Source: Nemertoderma westbladi
Taxonomy: Eukaryota > Animalia > Xenacoelomorpha
Assembly (NCBI GenBank): GCA_032718475.1
Contig: JAUCBJ010008331.1
Coordinates: 55,116 to 119,115, forward strand
Direction of reading: 5' to 3'
Length of the DNA: 64,000 bases
Positions 25,856 to 38,530 of this stretch are shown piece by piece (the stretch's first letter is position 1; each line of letters starts with the position of its first letter). The notes beneath the pieces are model-generated. The model saw only the letters and a program-made list of their open reading frames with translations. It was not told where the DNA came from and searched no databases. The translations under genes were made by a program, and so were the position numbers.

Positions 25856-26975
25856 GAAACTGTTTTCGTTAACCGTGGCATTAGACCCTTTCTACAGTCA
25901 TTATCCCTGAAGTTATAATTATGGATACGCCACGAACGGCATCATTTCGACTTCTTTCCCATTTAAACATTAGGGGATATGCGTACAAATAACCGGCCCT
26001 TATGAGGCTTCGATTGGGTAAATTAATAAAACATAAGGTTGTATAGTATAATATTCTAAAAACCAGTGTGATATTAAATGCACTTTAAATAATAAATAGA
26101 AATCAAATAACAATTGGACCACACAATTAAAAACTCGCACAATTTTGTACTTATTATATCGCTTCAAATTAATTCAACAGTGGATATTTGGGGGAAGGGG
26201 GAAGTTACAGTGTGCATTCGGGGGAAGTTTGGTGAACTGCATTTATGCAGTGAATCCAAACTTCCCCCTTTGATATATCATATACTTAAGACATGCTAGG
26301 GTGACGGGGAAATATTTGTTACTGTCACACTTTGCTTCCATTTATCCTATCCTTTATTATTACCCCAGTCAGATAAGAGATAATAAATCAGTAAAAACTA
26401 AACTAAACTGTCTTTCATGCAAACAAATTTCTAACTAAAGACGGGTGAATGACCATGACCATGGAAATAATTTTAAATATAATTGTATATCAACTATTTG
26501 GGGAGGCTTCCAAGTTAAACCCGAAAACAATTATTTTGTTACATAGTAAATAACGTTGTATGTTCTTCTTCCTCTCATAATAAAATATAAATGAAATATC
26601 TCAGATCGCTATGCCCTGTAACATTTCACAACCAAAATATTTAAGTGTGAAAAGTGTAGGCCTACCACACTCCGCCCAAACAACCGCAAACGCATAGCCA
26701 ACAAATTTAACAAAAGGTTACATACATGTTGGGTTCATGACGAGATGAGTGAAAATTGATCGCGTAATATAAAGTAAAAAATTAAGAGTCGGGCTGGCTC
26801 TCCTCCACTTTCTTACCCAATGGATATGTTGTTGTAATAATCTAATATTGGGGCGGCTTTCTCTCGGTTACATATAAAATAATAATATTATTTTTAAGAA
26901 CATTAATTTTACTACTTTGCAAAAATTCAATTAAAAAATAACTAGACATATACATTGTGGAATAAACTATTTCAG

Positions 26976-27152
26976 AAGCCTACAACAGCCATGCCATGGA
27001 TTGTATTTATGTTATTATATCTGTCATTTAACTGAGATAGCAATAGTAGTAATAGTCGAACGGTTATGCGGCCCGTCCAGCCTATAATAAACACAATTCA
27101 GTGATTGGGCTGGAATAGCAATACTGGTTGCCTCTATTACAATTCCTCTCAG
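26976..27152 (+). pseudogene. Possible degenerate rhodopsin-GPCR exon (TM3-TM4)
   Basis: Bounded by TTTCAG| and AG|GTTAGT. It reads ICHLTEIAIVVIVER and, after frameshifts, WAGIAILVASITIPL. No single open frame spans it. Confidence 0.35.
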
Positions 27153-27479
27153 GTTAGTCTACAGCCACAACTCCCAGCAGCTAGCTCCACACCAGCAGAG
27201 ACTTGACCAATAATGGGAAGGATTAAATTTGTACTCAATAATTGTGCGGTTTAATTACGTTTAGATCAATTAAAGACACATTTATTAAAGCAAATCACTT
27301 AAACTAATTAAAAACTATAATAGAATGGCGTATGGGGATTATATCTGTATAATTTTTAAGTATAATTATTTAAATCTTATACTGTAAAACAATTAATTTC
27401 CTTTAAAAGGCAGGTTGAAAATGGCGTTTTCACCGCAATCAACTTAATTAACTAATTAACTGCTATTATCTTAGCTTCT

Positions 27480-27682
27480 CGAAGGCCACACGGAAATTCT
27501 ACTTGGAAAATTTCTAAACTTTTGCCAAACAACATGTGTACCAAGTTTGGATAGATTTCATCGAGAGATTGGCCGAGTTATTAACGTTTAAAATTGAACA
27601 CGACAGAACGACAGAACGACAGAACGACAGGTTGATTAATGGTACCACTACGCTAAGGCTCACTCACTTCGTGGCTCGCCCC
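27480..27682. mobile_element. Possible HINE-like repeat end with GACAGAAC microsatellite
   Basis: (GACAGAAC)3 follows a CCAAGTTTGG motif and precedes a GC-rich end. The boundaries are uncertain. Confidence 0.3.
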
Positions 27683-27763
27683 ACAGTCTTCAGACAATTC
27701 GTACCGGATAATTTGTACCCGAAATTTTTTTTGACGGGTACAAATTGTCCAGATACTGACTAG

Positions 27764-30089
27764 TAGTACAGGCTCCAGCCTATGACCCCGTAGGAATTTT
27801 ATAATGACTCGGCTACCCAACATAGATGTTTAGTGCAGACTTGGGACATTTAAAAAAATTTGGGTAGACTTCACCAAATGGTTGCGCTCGTTTTTTAGGG
27901 GGTCTTAAACATAGCAACGGAGAAAATTACCATAGCAACAGCTCTTATAGTAGATATGACGATTTAAAATTTATAGCAGATTAATATTTTGGATATGAAG
28001 AATTTATTGGCATATTTCGTTTTTTTTGAAAATACCACAACAACCAGGCGAAAACGATCTTAAACGATAGCAATATTGACAATGTCCATAGCAACGGGCT
28101 TTGTAATGCGTATTCAGTGGTCGTATCATGATGGAATCAGAGTCTACCAGAATTATATCACGTATAAGGAACAATATGCATTCTTTTTCAGTTTCTAGTT
28201 GCCATGTTAACGAATAACCTTGACTAAAAACAAGCACCATATTAGCCGCAGCGTTTTTAAATCAACTTCTACCCCCACTATATCGAGTATAAGGAAAAAT
28301 ATGCAATATGTTTTACTTTCTAGATGCCATGGCAACGCGTCAGAATTGTTAATACAGTGTCTTTAATATCGGTCAGCCGTTTACACTATGTAAATTAATC
28401 AAAATTTTAACATTCTTAACTACGGAATTAAATTGTGACAAGAATCGCAATTCCGACAGTATTTAGTGCACATAAAACACCGTTACGCCTACAAGAACAT
28501 CGCTGCGTCAAGCACATGTTCTGACAGGCACATGTATTTACTAGTGAATCAGGAATTGGTGAAAGGTATTTATTGGGCAATACCATTCCATTTGCACCAG
28601 AAGGCCTATTCCAACCAAAATCTAATACACTTATTTATCATTGCATAGTGATGCAATCTTATTTTTTATGTAGAGACATCTCAAAATGTGACCATTTATG
28701 GATTCTGTTGTTGGAGGGAGATCCAGTAAACTTTTGCTCGGGTTGCTGGTGAATAATGAGTACGGTAGGTCGTCGAATGTACTACATGTTGATTTAAATT
28801 GGACCACTTGTAATAGTAAAGTTTTTGTGAGCTTTCTTTATATCATTGAAATTTGATTCTATTTTTGTATCTTTATGTTGAGGTATAACGGCGTCCAATG
28901 CAGGTATTTTAACTTTTGATATTTTATCTGAAAATGTCCTTGCTATTGCAATGTATGTATCCTCTCTAAATTGCAGGTATCATTTTATTCCATTTTCCCA
29001 GAATTTTGTATATCTCTCGGCGATGTCCCTTGGAATTTCTTGTTGTGTAATAAATTTATGAAGCAAAGTAGGATTGCTTCTTATAGAATATAAATTCCCT
29101 CTGTTGATTATAAATTGGTATACATTGAAAATGTTGCAATTCATTATTTTCGTTATTTCCACCCCCTAGTTAACCCTTGTTCATGGTGAATCTTGGTTTC
29201 ATTATATTCAATATCTGGGCTTATAAGTTGTGCGAAGGTTACTAATCCTCAACTGTTCATGATATAACAACTCCCATTCAGTTACATAATCGGCCCGCCT
29301 GGTTTGCCCAATAATACCATGTACACTTTTCTCTGCACGTTGAATTGTTTGTTCCCATTTCAAATCCCCTCCAACTGCATTAATAGAGCCTTCATGTTGC
29401 TTTACCACAAAAGTTATAATTGTGATTAATTTACATATTGTAAACGGCTGACATATATTAAATACACTGTATTAACAATTGTGACGCGTTGCCATGGTAT
29501 ATAGAAAGTAAAACATATTGCGTATTGTTCCTTATACTCGATATAGTGGGGGTAGAGGTTGATTAAAAAAACGCTGCGGATAATATGTATATAATATGTG
29601 TTTTTATGATAATTATAATATGTCTTTTTAGTCAAGGTTACTCGTTGTCATGGCTACTTGAAACTGAAAAAGAATGCATATTGTTCCTTATACGTGTTAT
29701 AATGGTGGTAGACTCTGATTCCATCATGATACGACCACTGAATACGCATTACAAAGCCCGTTGCTATGGACGTTGTTAATATTGCTATCTTTGAAGGTCG
29801 TTTTCGCCTGGTTGCTATGGTATTTTCAAAAATCGAAATATGCCATTAAATTCTTCATATCCAAAATATTAATCTGCTATAAATTTTAAGTCTTCATATC
29901 TAATATAAGAGCTGTTGCTATGGCAATTTTCTCCGTTGCTATGTTTAAGACCCCCTAAAAAACGAGCGCAACCATTTGGTGAAGTCTACCCAAATTTTTT
30001 TAAATGTCCCAAGTCTGCACTAAACATCTATGTAGTGTAGCCGAGTCATTATAAAATTCCTACGGGGTCATAGGCTGGAGCCTGTACTA
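27764..30089 (-). mobile_element. Academ-type DNA transposon, internally deleted
   Basis: ~630-bp TIRs begin TAGTACAGGCTCCAGCC. A 3-bp TSD TAG lies at 27761-27763 and 30090-30092. An internal minus-strand remnant VKQHEGSINAVGGDLKWEQTIQRAEKSVHGIIGQT...EWELLYHE resembles Academ transposase. Confidence 0.82.
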
Positions 30090-30332
30090 TAGTGAAAATA
30101 CGCTATATTTTATGTTCAGAAAATGTTTCTTGCCATTGTATTCTAGAAAATTTGATGAATATAATTATTTAAAATTGTATTGTTTTTATGCAATTTTTCT
30201 TTGCAGCTAGTGTTACTAAGTTAATTTTACCTATGCCTCAGTCTATGCCTCAGTGAGGCATAGTCTGTGTCATTTCTTAAATGAGAGTCTTACAAATTCG
30301 AACGTCAACGAACAAATTCGAAGGTTACTGTT

Positions 30333-30400
30333 CCACCTTGGTGTAGTGGTTGCGTTGAATTCACATCTCCCGTATGTCATGGGTTCGATCCCTGCATAAC
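30333..30400 (+). mobile_element. tRNA-derived SINE head
   Basis: A-box TGGTGTAGTGG and B-box GGGTTCGATCCC. A related copy lies on the minus strand at ~49540-49705. Confidence 0.6.
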
Positions 30401-31173
30401 CAGGGCAGTTTTCGTTCGGTCAGCAATAGGCCTAACTTTGCAAAATGCAATATTATTGCCTAGTATCCAATTCATGGCTACTATATGGTTTTCACTTTGA
30501 GACATTTCGCCTTCTAGAGGCATACTGGGGAACTTCAGAATACTCTGTGACTCTGCAAAAGATATAGCCCATATTGTAATAGATACCGACTGGGGGGTCA
30601 AAATTAAGTAATAATATATCTAAATAAGTCTCAAACATCTTGCCTCAAGGCTCGCCCCTTATAACTCTTAAGCAATATAACTTCATAGTTTTGCGGATTG
30701 TAAATAAGAAAGCTAGAGAAGATGTTAATATTCAGATAATACGCCCTCTAGCGGCAGACTATGGAACTGCAAACGGCTGGATATAGGTAAGAGTAATTAG
30801 TAATCAGAGGTGTCACGAGAGGGGGGCGGGGCGCTTGGATACAACTACATTAATAAGCTGTTGCTTGGTTAAAGCTAATTGGGGGTCAAAGGCCAACGAT
30901 AAAGCTGTCTGGATATAGATAAGAGTAATTAGTTACCAGTAAGGGAGCTGTATACCCTATGGCTAAGTATAACGAGATGAAAGTCAATGAGGTCATTTAG
31001 AAACCAATATATAAAACTAATTATTGGTAAATCTAAAATTAAGTACAAATAAATAAAGTAAAAATAAATACAATTAATTAAATTAAAATTAAATACAAAT
31101 AAATAAATTAGAATTAAATACAAATAAATAAGTATTAATAAATAAAAGAGCTGCGGTGTCACTTATGACACCC

Positions 31174-33002
31174 TCTTGGCCCTCTAGGCGACAGTTAGAC
31201 GTCACTGACACAATTGCGTATCGAATTGATTAATTAGGATAATCAATTAAACCCTAATTAGGACACCTATTAGGGTTTAATTTTACTAATTAACCCTATT
31301 AAACCCGGGGGGGGGTCAATATGACCCCCCCCGTGGTTTTTTTATTATAATTCTGTAACAAACGCAGTTGGGAATCTGAAATTTTATGACTTTTCCTAAA
31401 AATCTATTGTCTTCCTAGTAATGAAAACCGTTTTCAAAAATATTGGGTACTTTTCGAGTTATAGCACCATTTTTTAACCCTAATTTTGGCACTTTTTTTG
31501 AGACGTTTTTTGAAAATTACATTTCATTAAATATGAATTGTAACATCTCTATTTTTGATTTACACCGGTTTTTTGGTGTTAGAAATTTGATGGAATTCAT
31601 ATAAATTGATTTAGAAAGTTCAAACTTGTTTTTTTCGGTGGGTGCCAAATTTTGGTGCCAGCACCAAATTTTGAATTATGTCAATTTTGTAAATTGATTG
31701 TTTGAAACTTGTTTTTTACGCAATTGGGGTTTTTTGGGGTTCTGGATTCGATGAAATATATACGAGTTGCACCAAGCATATCAAACTTGTATTTTTCGGT
31801 GCTGTGTGCAAATTTTGGTGCTAGCACGAAATTTTGAAAATTCATTCGATAGATAAAATTGCTTGTAACAATTTATTTCTTGCGTTTTAGAGGTTTATGG
31901 CTGTTCTGAATTCAATGGAATAAATAACTATCGAACTAGACATCTTAAACTTGTATTTTTCGGATGTGGGTGCAAAATGTGGTGCTAGCACCAAATTTTG
32001 AAAACCATCAAATATATCAATTGATTGTGTCACCTTGTTTCTTGCGTTATACGGGTTTGTGATGGTTCTGAATTCAATGGAATCAGTAAAAATTTCATAA
32101 GAGTTCTCAAACTGGTATTTTTCGCCAGTGGGTGAAAATTGTTGTGCCAGCACCAAATTTTGGAAAATATGCAAATTTATCAGTAGATAGTATCACATTG
32201 TTTCTTGCGTTATACGGGTTTATGAGGGTCCTGAATCCGATGGAATCCATAAAAACAGCACTGGACATCGCAAACTTGTACTTTTTGGTGATGGGTACGA
32301 AATTTGGTGCTAGCACCAAAATTTGCCAAATTACGCCGAAAAATACAAGTATCAATGATCTGGCATATCAGAAATGTATTCCATTAGAATCAGCGCCCTC
32401 GAAAACCTGAAAATGTGAATTTATAGCATCGTATAAGTGAATTAAAAATTTTGTGTTCTACCTGAAAAGTGCTGGTTACTTGTTTTTTTCATTTTTTTCC
32501 TACGCAGAGAGGACTAAACGGCCATTTATAGTAATCATATCATTTTTAAATATTTTCCAATGTATTTTGCGCCCTAGAAAACCTGTATTGAAAAATAATT
32601 AGCCGAAAATGTAACTTTCAAATTTTGTGAAAATTGTGCACTACTTGTAATTTTGGTGCTGCAATATAACCACCCCAGTACATTTTTTCGAAATTTTTTT
32701 TTTCGGTCGGATCCACACAAGTGATACCTACGTACAAACAAAAAATCAGACGTTTTCGTAAATATTTGTAGATTTTAGAGGGGGGGGTCAATATGACCCC
32801 CTCCCGGTATTTGTACAGCATTTTATAGCCCGGTACTAATAGGGTTAATTGATGACACCTGTCAATTAGGGTCTAATTAGCCTAATTAGGAGGTGTCACC
32901 CAAACAGTCTGGCGCCAATGACACCCGTAGAGTGTCATTGGGTGTCACCCAGACAGTCTGGCGCCAGTCAGTTAGGTCTAACTGTCGCCGAGCCGGCCAA
33001 GA
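31174..33002. mobile_element. TIR element hosting a piggyBac insertion
   Basis: Imperfect TIR TCTTGGCC....GGCGACAGTTAGAC / GTCTAACTGTCGCC....GGCCAAGA, with CCC on both flanks. Confidence 0.55.
31294..32844. mobile_element. Non-autonomous piggyBac element
   Basis: TTAA|CCCTATTA ... TAATAGGG|TTAA termini, subterminal GGGGGGTCAATATGACCCCC palindromes and internal diverged ~160-bp repeats containing GGTGCTAGCACCAAATTT. Confidence 0.85.
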
Positions 33003-33100
33003 CCCTACTACTCATACAGAAAGAAATATTAACTATAAATATATTTAAATAAACTCTACTCTTTAAAATCATCATAATTATTTAATTTTATATTTAGTTG

Positions 33101-33283
33101 TATCTGGACAATTCGTACCCGGACAATTCGTACCCGGACAATTCGTACCATGACCTACTATATGTTATGTCGTACCCATCATAAAAAAATTTTAAAATAT
33201 CATTTCATAAAAAAGATTGTCCAGGTACGAATTTTCCGGGTACGAATTGTCCGGTACGAATTGTCCAGGTACAAATTGTCCTA
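33101..33283. repeat. Small foldback/MITE with 15-bp subterminal repeats
   Basis: (GGACAATTCGTACCC)n faces inverted (GGTACGAATTGTCC)n. A related motif is at 27693-27755. Confidence 0.7.
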
Positions 33284-33289
33284 ACTTCA

Positions 33290-33545
33290 TAACTAACATG
33301 TGCGCACATGTTAATAATACATGCGCATGTGATAATTAACACCTGTGCACGTTTACTAACACTTTTGCAAGCGTTACTAACACGTACCCAAATGTTACCA
33401 ACACGTGCGCAAATGTTACCAACACGTGCGCAAGTGTTACCAACACGTGCGCAAGTGTTACCAATGCGTGCGCAAGTGTTACCAACACATGCGCACGTGT
33501 TAGTCATCACGTATTCAAGTGTTAGCTAATATGTGCGCATGTGTC
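33290..33545. repeat. 21-bp minisatellite
   Basis: Tandem TTACCAACACGTGCGCAAGTG variants. Confidence 0.9.
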
Positions 33546-33726
33546 GGGGCTCCATACAATACACTGGTTAGATTTAATAAAAAAACATTTGCTTCACTTT
33601 ACTTGAAGAATTTGCTAACTTTTACTCAAAACATACTTCCAGAAAAGCAAATTTGAACATGTGCTTGTTTTTATTCAAACCAACAACTAACTTGGAGTTG
33701 TTTTACCTTATTTTATCCCACCTCAG

Positions 33727-33851
33727 ATTTTCGCAACCTTCATGGGTTACATAAACAGCTGCTTTAACCCCATCATTTACGCATTCTCATGGAAGAAATT
33801 TAAACACCTGGTTTCAACAAGATTACGAAATAGATCAGGATTGCTTTCGAG
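33727..33851 (+). CDS. Rhodopsin-family (class A) GPCR exon, TM7 and helix 8
   Basis: Acceptor TTTTATCCCACCTCAG|, translation IFATFMGYINSCFNPIIYAFSWKKFKHLV (NPxxY plus helix-8 Phe), donor AG|GTGGGT (phase 2). Confidence 0.8.
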
Positions 33852-34399
33852 GTGGGTATTGATGAATATCTCCATTTTTTCATATATTTATATATATTTC
33901 AATTTTATTTTAAATATATTTATTTATGTTATATTTCATCCCACAATGCAATTATTTCATCCCACAATGCAATTATTCCATTCGCCATTTGGTGTATTAA
34001 TATTGAATATAATTGTAAGAAATATAACACAATGCTTTGTCTGTTGAATTTCGTTTTATATTTTGTTAAGATTAACCTGCGAATGTAACCTGCTCCATCC
34101 CAATATATAGTGATAATTACTAGTAGAAACTGTTTATAAAATTATGGGACATATGGAACTAGGTTAAATTGTATACTGGTATACAATTTAACTTAGATGT
34201 ATAAATTAAATTAAATTAAATTGTATAAATATAGTAGGCCTATAGACATAAATCTGTAGATTAAAATATACTTCATCGATTCACGGCGAAAGCAATGCCC
34301 TGCAAGGTGGAGGTGGCTTTGTTCAACTGTCAGGCTTGGGGGAACCAATGAGACACCTCCAATGTTATATAGTGTCTGGTTAGAGATGTGTTGTGTATA

Positions 34400-34520
34400 C
34401 TGTACTTGATACAGTGAACCCGACGTAGCATTCTTGTGAATGTGCTAGGGATTTGGTGTCCTCAGCAGTTAGAGCCCAGCATTGGACTTCCATCAGTACT
34501 GGAACTACTGCTGCTCTAAA
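34400..34520 (-). mobile_element. RTE-like LINE fragment
   Basis: AAVVPVLMEVQCWALTAEDTKSL resembles the post-RT V.PVL.YG.ECW.LT region of RTE ORF2. Confidence 0.45.
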
Positions 34521-34619
34521 TATTGTGAATTTTATTAAAATTATTATTATAAATAATATCATTGTTCTTTCACCATGTTCATTCATTGTGTATTGCCTAT
34601 AATTTGTTCTCTGCATCCA

Positions 34620-35000
34620 ATCCCTCTCTATTACTCCCTTGGATCTCCAACTATAAACGGCTTACTTGCCAAACTGAGATGTAATCTAAACTCTAACCTT
34701 TACTCCAATCATGTCCAAATCGTCAAATCATGTTCCTGTGGCCATCAACGGGAAGCCGCTTTCCACTACTTTATGGAATGCCCACTATTTCATTCTCACC
34801 ATATTATATTGCACGCAGCTATTTCGGCTTTAGGACTAAGAGCAACACTTACCACTATCTTATTCGGCCCACCACACGGACATAGTCACTCAGTCTCCAC
34901 GACAGCGCTGCGCGACAAGGCGGTCGCCCTTATCGATGTAATTGCCATATTCGTATTCAATACAGGTCGATGTAACAAACAGTCTCGGCTATTAGGGTAG
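34620..35000 (+). mobile_element. Non-LTR retrotransposon (CR1/L2-group) ORF2 C-terminal fragment
   Basis: LAKLRCNLNSNLY...CSCGHQREAAFHYFMECPLF is a C-terminal Cys/His motif; the fragment ends F...TGR. Confidence 0.65.
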
Positions 35001-35565
35001 TCTGTACGTCGGTCTCAATATACCACTGGTTTTCTCTTTCAGGTTTTAAATTACAGTAATAACATAGTGGAACAGAACAACATATGTATAATAAAGTGCA
35101 AAACAATTCTAGAATTTCGTCTTTTTTTATTTTTTTAGTGGTTTACTTATTCTTCCAAATATTTGCCCCTTTAAACTTTTTTATCTTGCGGATTGCAACA
35201 CATATCTTTTAATCTTAATTTTTACTTCTTTTACACACTACTCGTTCATAACTTCTGAATTTAACAATATATTTCTATCTGATTAATGGTACTCTTGCAA
35301 CTGTCTGTGCTGGTTTACTTTTGATGCCCTCATCTCATTTTTTTTGGTTTGTGTGCGTTTGTGAGTGTGTGGTGCTTTTGTGCGTGTGGTGCGTTTGGGG
35401 TGTGTGATGTCTATCACGTATACTGTATAACAAAGTGTGTTTTTGTTTCATTTAACATTTATCTGTGTCTATGGTGCAATAAACGTAAATATGTAATCAA
35501 TCGGCAAGAGGGCTTTATAATTTTTAGAGCTAACTTTAGAGATAAGCTTTTTTCCCTCAACATTA

Positions 35566-35830
35566 AATAAAAGTCATGAATTCGGTCTTGGTAGCATTTA
35601 TATGCAATCCAACCTCCTTAGCAGCCCTCTCCAATTTATTTAGTAGAAGCTGTGCATCTGCTAGCGTATTAGAGAGCAGGGCGCTGTCATCCGCAAAGTC
35701 GGTGTCTGTGACTGTAGTTGCCGGATATCTACTACTTCTGCGTTCTTGTAGTGTGAATCCCAGATCTTCACCCTTTCTGGCCGTCCTCATTGCGCAATCC
35801 AGTACAATTACAAATAGTAATGGTGCGAAT
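35566..35830 (-). mobile_element. RTE-clade reverse transcriptase fragment
   Basis: APLLFVIVLDCAMR...DTDFADDSALLS...VGLHINATKTEFM. Confidence 0.85.
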
Positions 35831-36166
35831 AATAATAGTGCTAGTAATAGTAATGGTGTTAACTTGTTCAATACTGATTTTTTGGCTAGAATTCCGTATA
35901 GAACTGCATTTTTAAAACTATGTCATTGTTACTGTGACAACGTTGAAGAGTTCTAGAACAATAGACAAGTAATATATAATATTCAAGAACATAAATAAAA
36001 TAAAAAATATTATGTTCTAGAACATAAATTAAAAAATAAATAAAAAAAAACTAAAAATAAATTGTCACTTTAAATCATTAGTAGACCTCTTAGAACTGCA
36101 GTATTTTAAATCTAGAACTTATAACACACAAACACACAGTTTTATTTTTTTAATATCGTATAAAAT

Positions 36167-36420
36167 GTACTAGCTAACACAAAGTCAAAAATACTAGCTA
36201 CCATCTAACTGACAAAAGGTAAAATATTTGTTCGAGAACAAAAAAACTCATGATAATAGCCATTTTCACAAGAAAACAATTATAAAATTTTTTCAAATTA
36301 ATTTTTTTTCACTAGCAAAAAAAAGTACTAGCTAACACAAAATCAAAATTATTAGCTACCATCCTACTGTCAGAAGGTCAAATATTTGTTATAGAAAAAA
36401 AAACCTCATGATAAAAGCCT
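36167..36420. repeat. Diverged direct repeat (~158-bp period, two copies)
   Basis: GTACTAGCTAACACAAA...CTCATGATAA occurs at 36167 and 36325. Confidence 0.75.
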
Positions 36421-36577
36421 TTTTATATGAAAAAATTGGTCAAACTATGGGTACCCAGTACCCACCCAAGGTGTACCAATGCCAATCACTACTGTACAGC
36501 AAAACTCTGCGCATGAAAGTAACTAATTTATTACCCACCCTCAGCAAAAAGCTCGAATAAATGATAAACTAATTATT

Positions 36578-37117
36578 GGCCCGTATGTATAAAACAGTCG
36601 TAAATTTACGTCCATCGTAACTCTAAATGATCCGTAAGTTTGATTACGACTATCGTATCCACGATTATCGTATATTGGTATGCATAAAACTGTTTACGAT
36701 TAATCGTGCTTCCAATTATCGTAATTTAGTTACGATGCTATTTTTACGATGCTATTTTAGAGTGTTGCTGGGCAACTCTGTAAACAATAACTGCGAAAAT
36801 CTGAGATTCCTATTATGTTCCTTATTATTACAATATAATTCACGACTGTTGTATTGTTTTATAGGTAGCCTTAGCAACAGTATCCTATACTACCTTTTAG
36901 CCAATAAAAATTGAGTTCAATGTAAACTGGGGCAGATCGTTAACTTTAATACTCGATAGAGAGCACCCTTAAATTTACGATCGAAATGAATCGTAAGTTT
37001 ACAATCAAAGGGTCTGACAATTTTTATGCATATCGATTTTGTTTACGATAGTCGTATCTGCTGACATACGATGATCGGAGGATTACGACCGTCATAAGTG
37101 TTTTATGCATACGGGCC
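36578..37117. mobile_element. MITE with Harbinger-like termini
   Basis: TIR GGCCCGTATG(T/C)ATAAAACA with inverted subterminal TTACGA motifs. The TSD is not clean. Confidence 0.6.
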
Positions 37118-37399
37118 AATTGTCTGTTCGAGAACGGAATATACGGATATAATACCTGAAGCAAATTAATCTGTATAACTACTGAGGCCGTCGTACTGTG
37201 GCTCAAACAGACAATAATTATAGTATATTATTATTTACTATTATTATTAATATTAATTATTAGTATTAGTATATACTCACGCTACTATAGTTAATCATTT
37301 TTTATTTATAGCCACAATACTAATACCTTTTTGAATCTAACAAATATCAGTAGTACACTGTACCGTGATATCTATAAAGCATTAGCAAAAGGCCTATGG

Positions 37400-38530
37400 A
37401 TATGGTGGTGCCAGTTCAAGAGTTACCATCAATAATAGTTAGGCGCAAGCAGAAAGACTAGACGAGCAGTTGGAGGGCGAATGTGATGCAGAGGATATGA
37501 AAGGTATGTCGCAGGAGATAGATGACGATGTTTATTTGGCTTAAAATAGAAATCACAATACAGTGTGGTCAACAAAACAGTCAGTCGCAGCATTATCGAA
37601 ATATCTCATTCTCAAAGGAGAAAGACGAAATATTGATAATCTAAATATGAATGATCTAGCTCGATATAGTAATGGTTTTTTGAAAGAGTTCAAATAATCA
37701 TCTGGAGAAAAATTCGAAACAACCACCTTACAAACGTATTTTTATGGAATTCTACTGCTCTACAAAGACATAGGGTATGGGGTTCTTGTAAAACCGGAGT
37801 TCACAAAAACCAAAGAGATCTTTCAATGCCGCCTGAAGCAGATCAAAGAGAGTAGGATGGGCAATCTTGCTAACGCCAGTGATCCATTGGAAAGTGGTGA
37901 TCTTAAGATACTTAGAAAGAAAGGTTTGCTGGGATATGGGAACTCCACGACATTAAGAAATACCCTCTACTTGTTATGACAACGCATTTTGGTTCTCGCC
38001 CAGGTGTTGAAATGCATAATATGCAAATAGGAGACTTTTATCTTACTTTGAAAGGACGCTGTACAAAAACTCGGAAAGGTGGATCAGTTAGAGATGTCCG
38101 TATCATTCGGGCTGAGGGCCCATGAAGTGTAAGATAAGTCAGTTTGACCTGTTTACCTAATGATCTCTTCATTTCTAAGCGTTTCCCACAAGGAAAAGTT
38201 AATCCTAAAGAGCAGTATTGGGTTCGCCCAAAGCTGTCTACTGCTAAAGGAGATGGGAGGTGGTATACAAATCAGCCCATCGGTAAGAACCATTTTACAC
38301 AAATCCTGACAGCTATGTTGCGAGAAGGACAGCAAGATAATGAGGAGCAGAGAATAACCCCAATGAGTTGTAGAAAGATGGCTGCACAAACTATTGCTGA
38401 TAGCAATTTACCAGCAAATTATGCCCTATTTCATCTTGTGCATAAGAGTCTTTCTAAGACTTCAAGTTACTTAAAAAGGCCCTCTCAAAACTCACAATAT
38501 CGAGTTAGTACAGTCTTGTCTGGTGTCATC
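37400..38530 (+). pseudogene. Degenerate Crypton-like tyrosine recombinase (DUF3504/ZMYM-QRICH1-like)
   Basis: Across stops and frameshifts it reads NTVWSTKQSV, SGEKFETTTL, GLLGYGNSTTL, HFGSRPGVEMHNMQIGD, WYTNQPIGKN, RITPMSCRK (cf. TNHSLR) and HKSLSKTSSY (cf. GHKS..SL..Y). Confidence 0.75.

Larger units (their letters stand above)
23144..25967 (-). mobile_element. Penelope-like retroelement (Neptune-type), 5'-truncated with inverted pLTR
   Basis: An RT + GIY-YIG ORF lies between ~345-bp inverted repeats (23143-23490 and 25568-25913). A ~55-nt tail follows the right copy. CATTAGGGGATA at 23132-23143 and 25968-25979 is a 12-bp TSD. Confidence 0.9.

Noticed and set aside
33205-33529. Heptad-repeat proteins (RVGNTCA / LPTRAQV)
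   Set aside because: Translations of a 21-bp minisatellite that is open on both strands.
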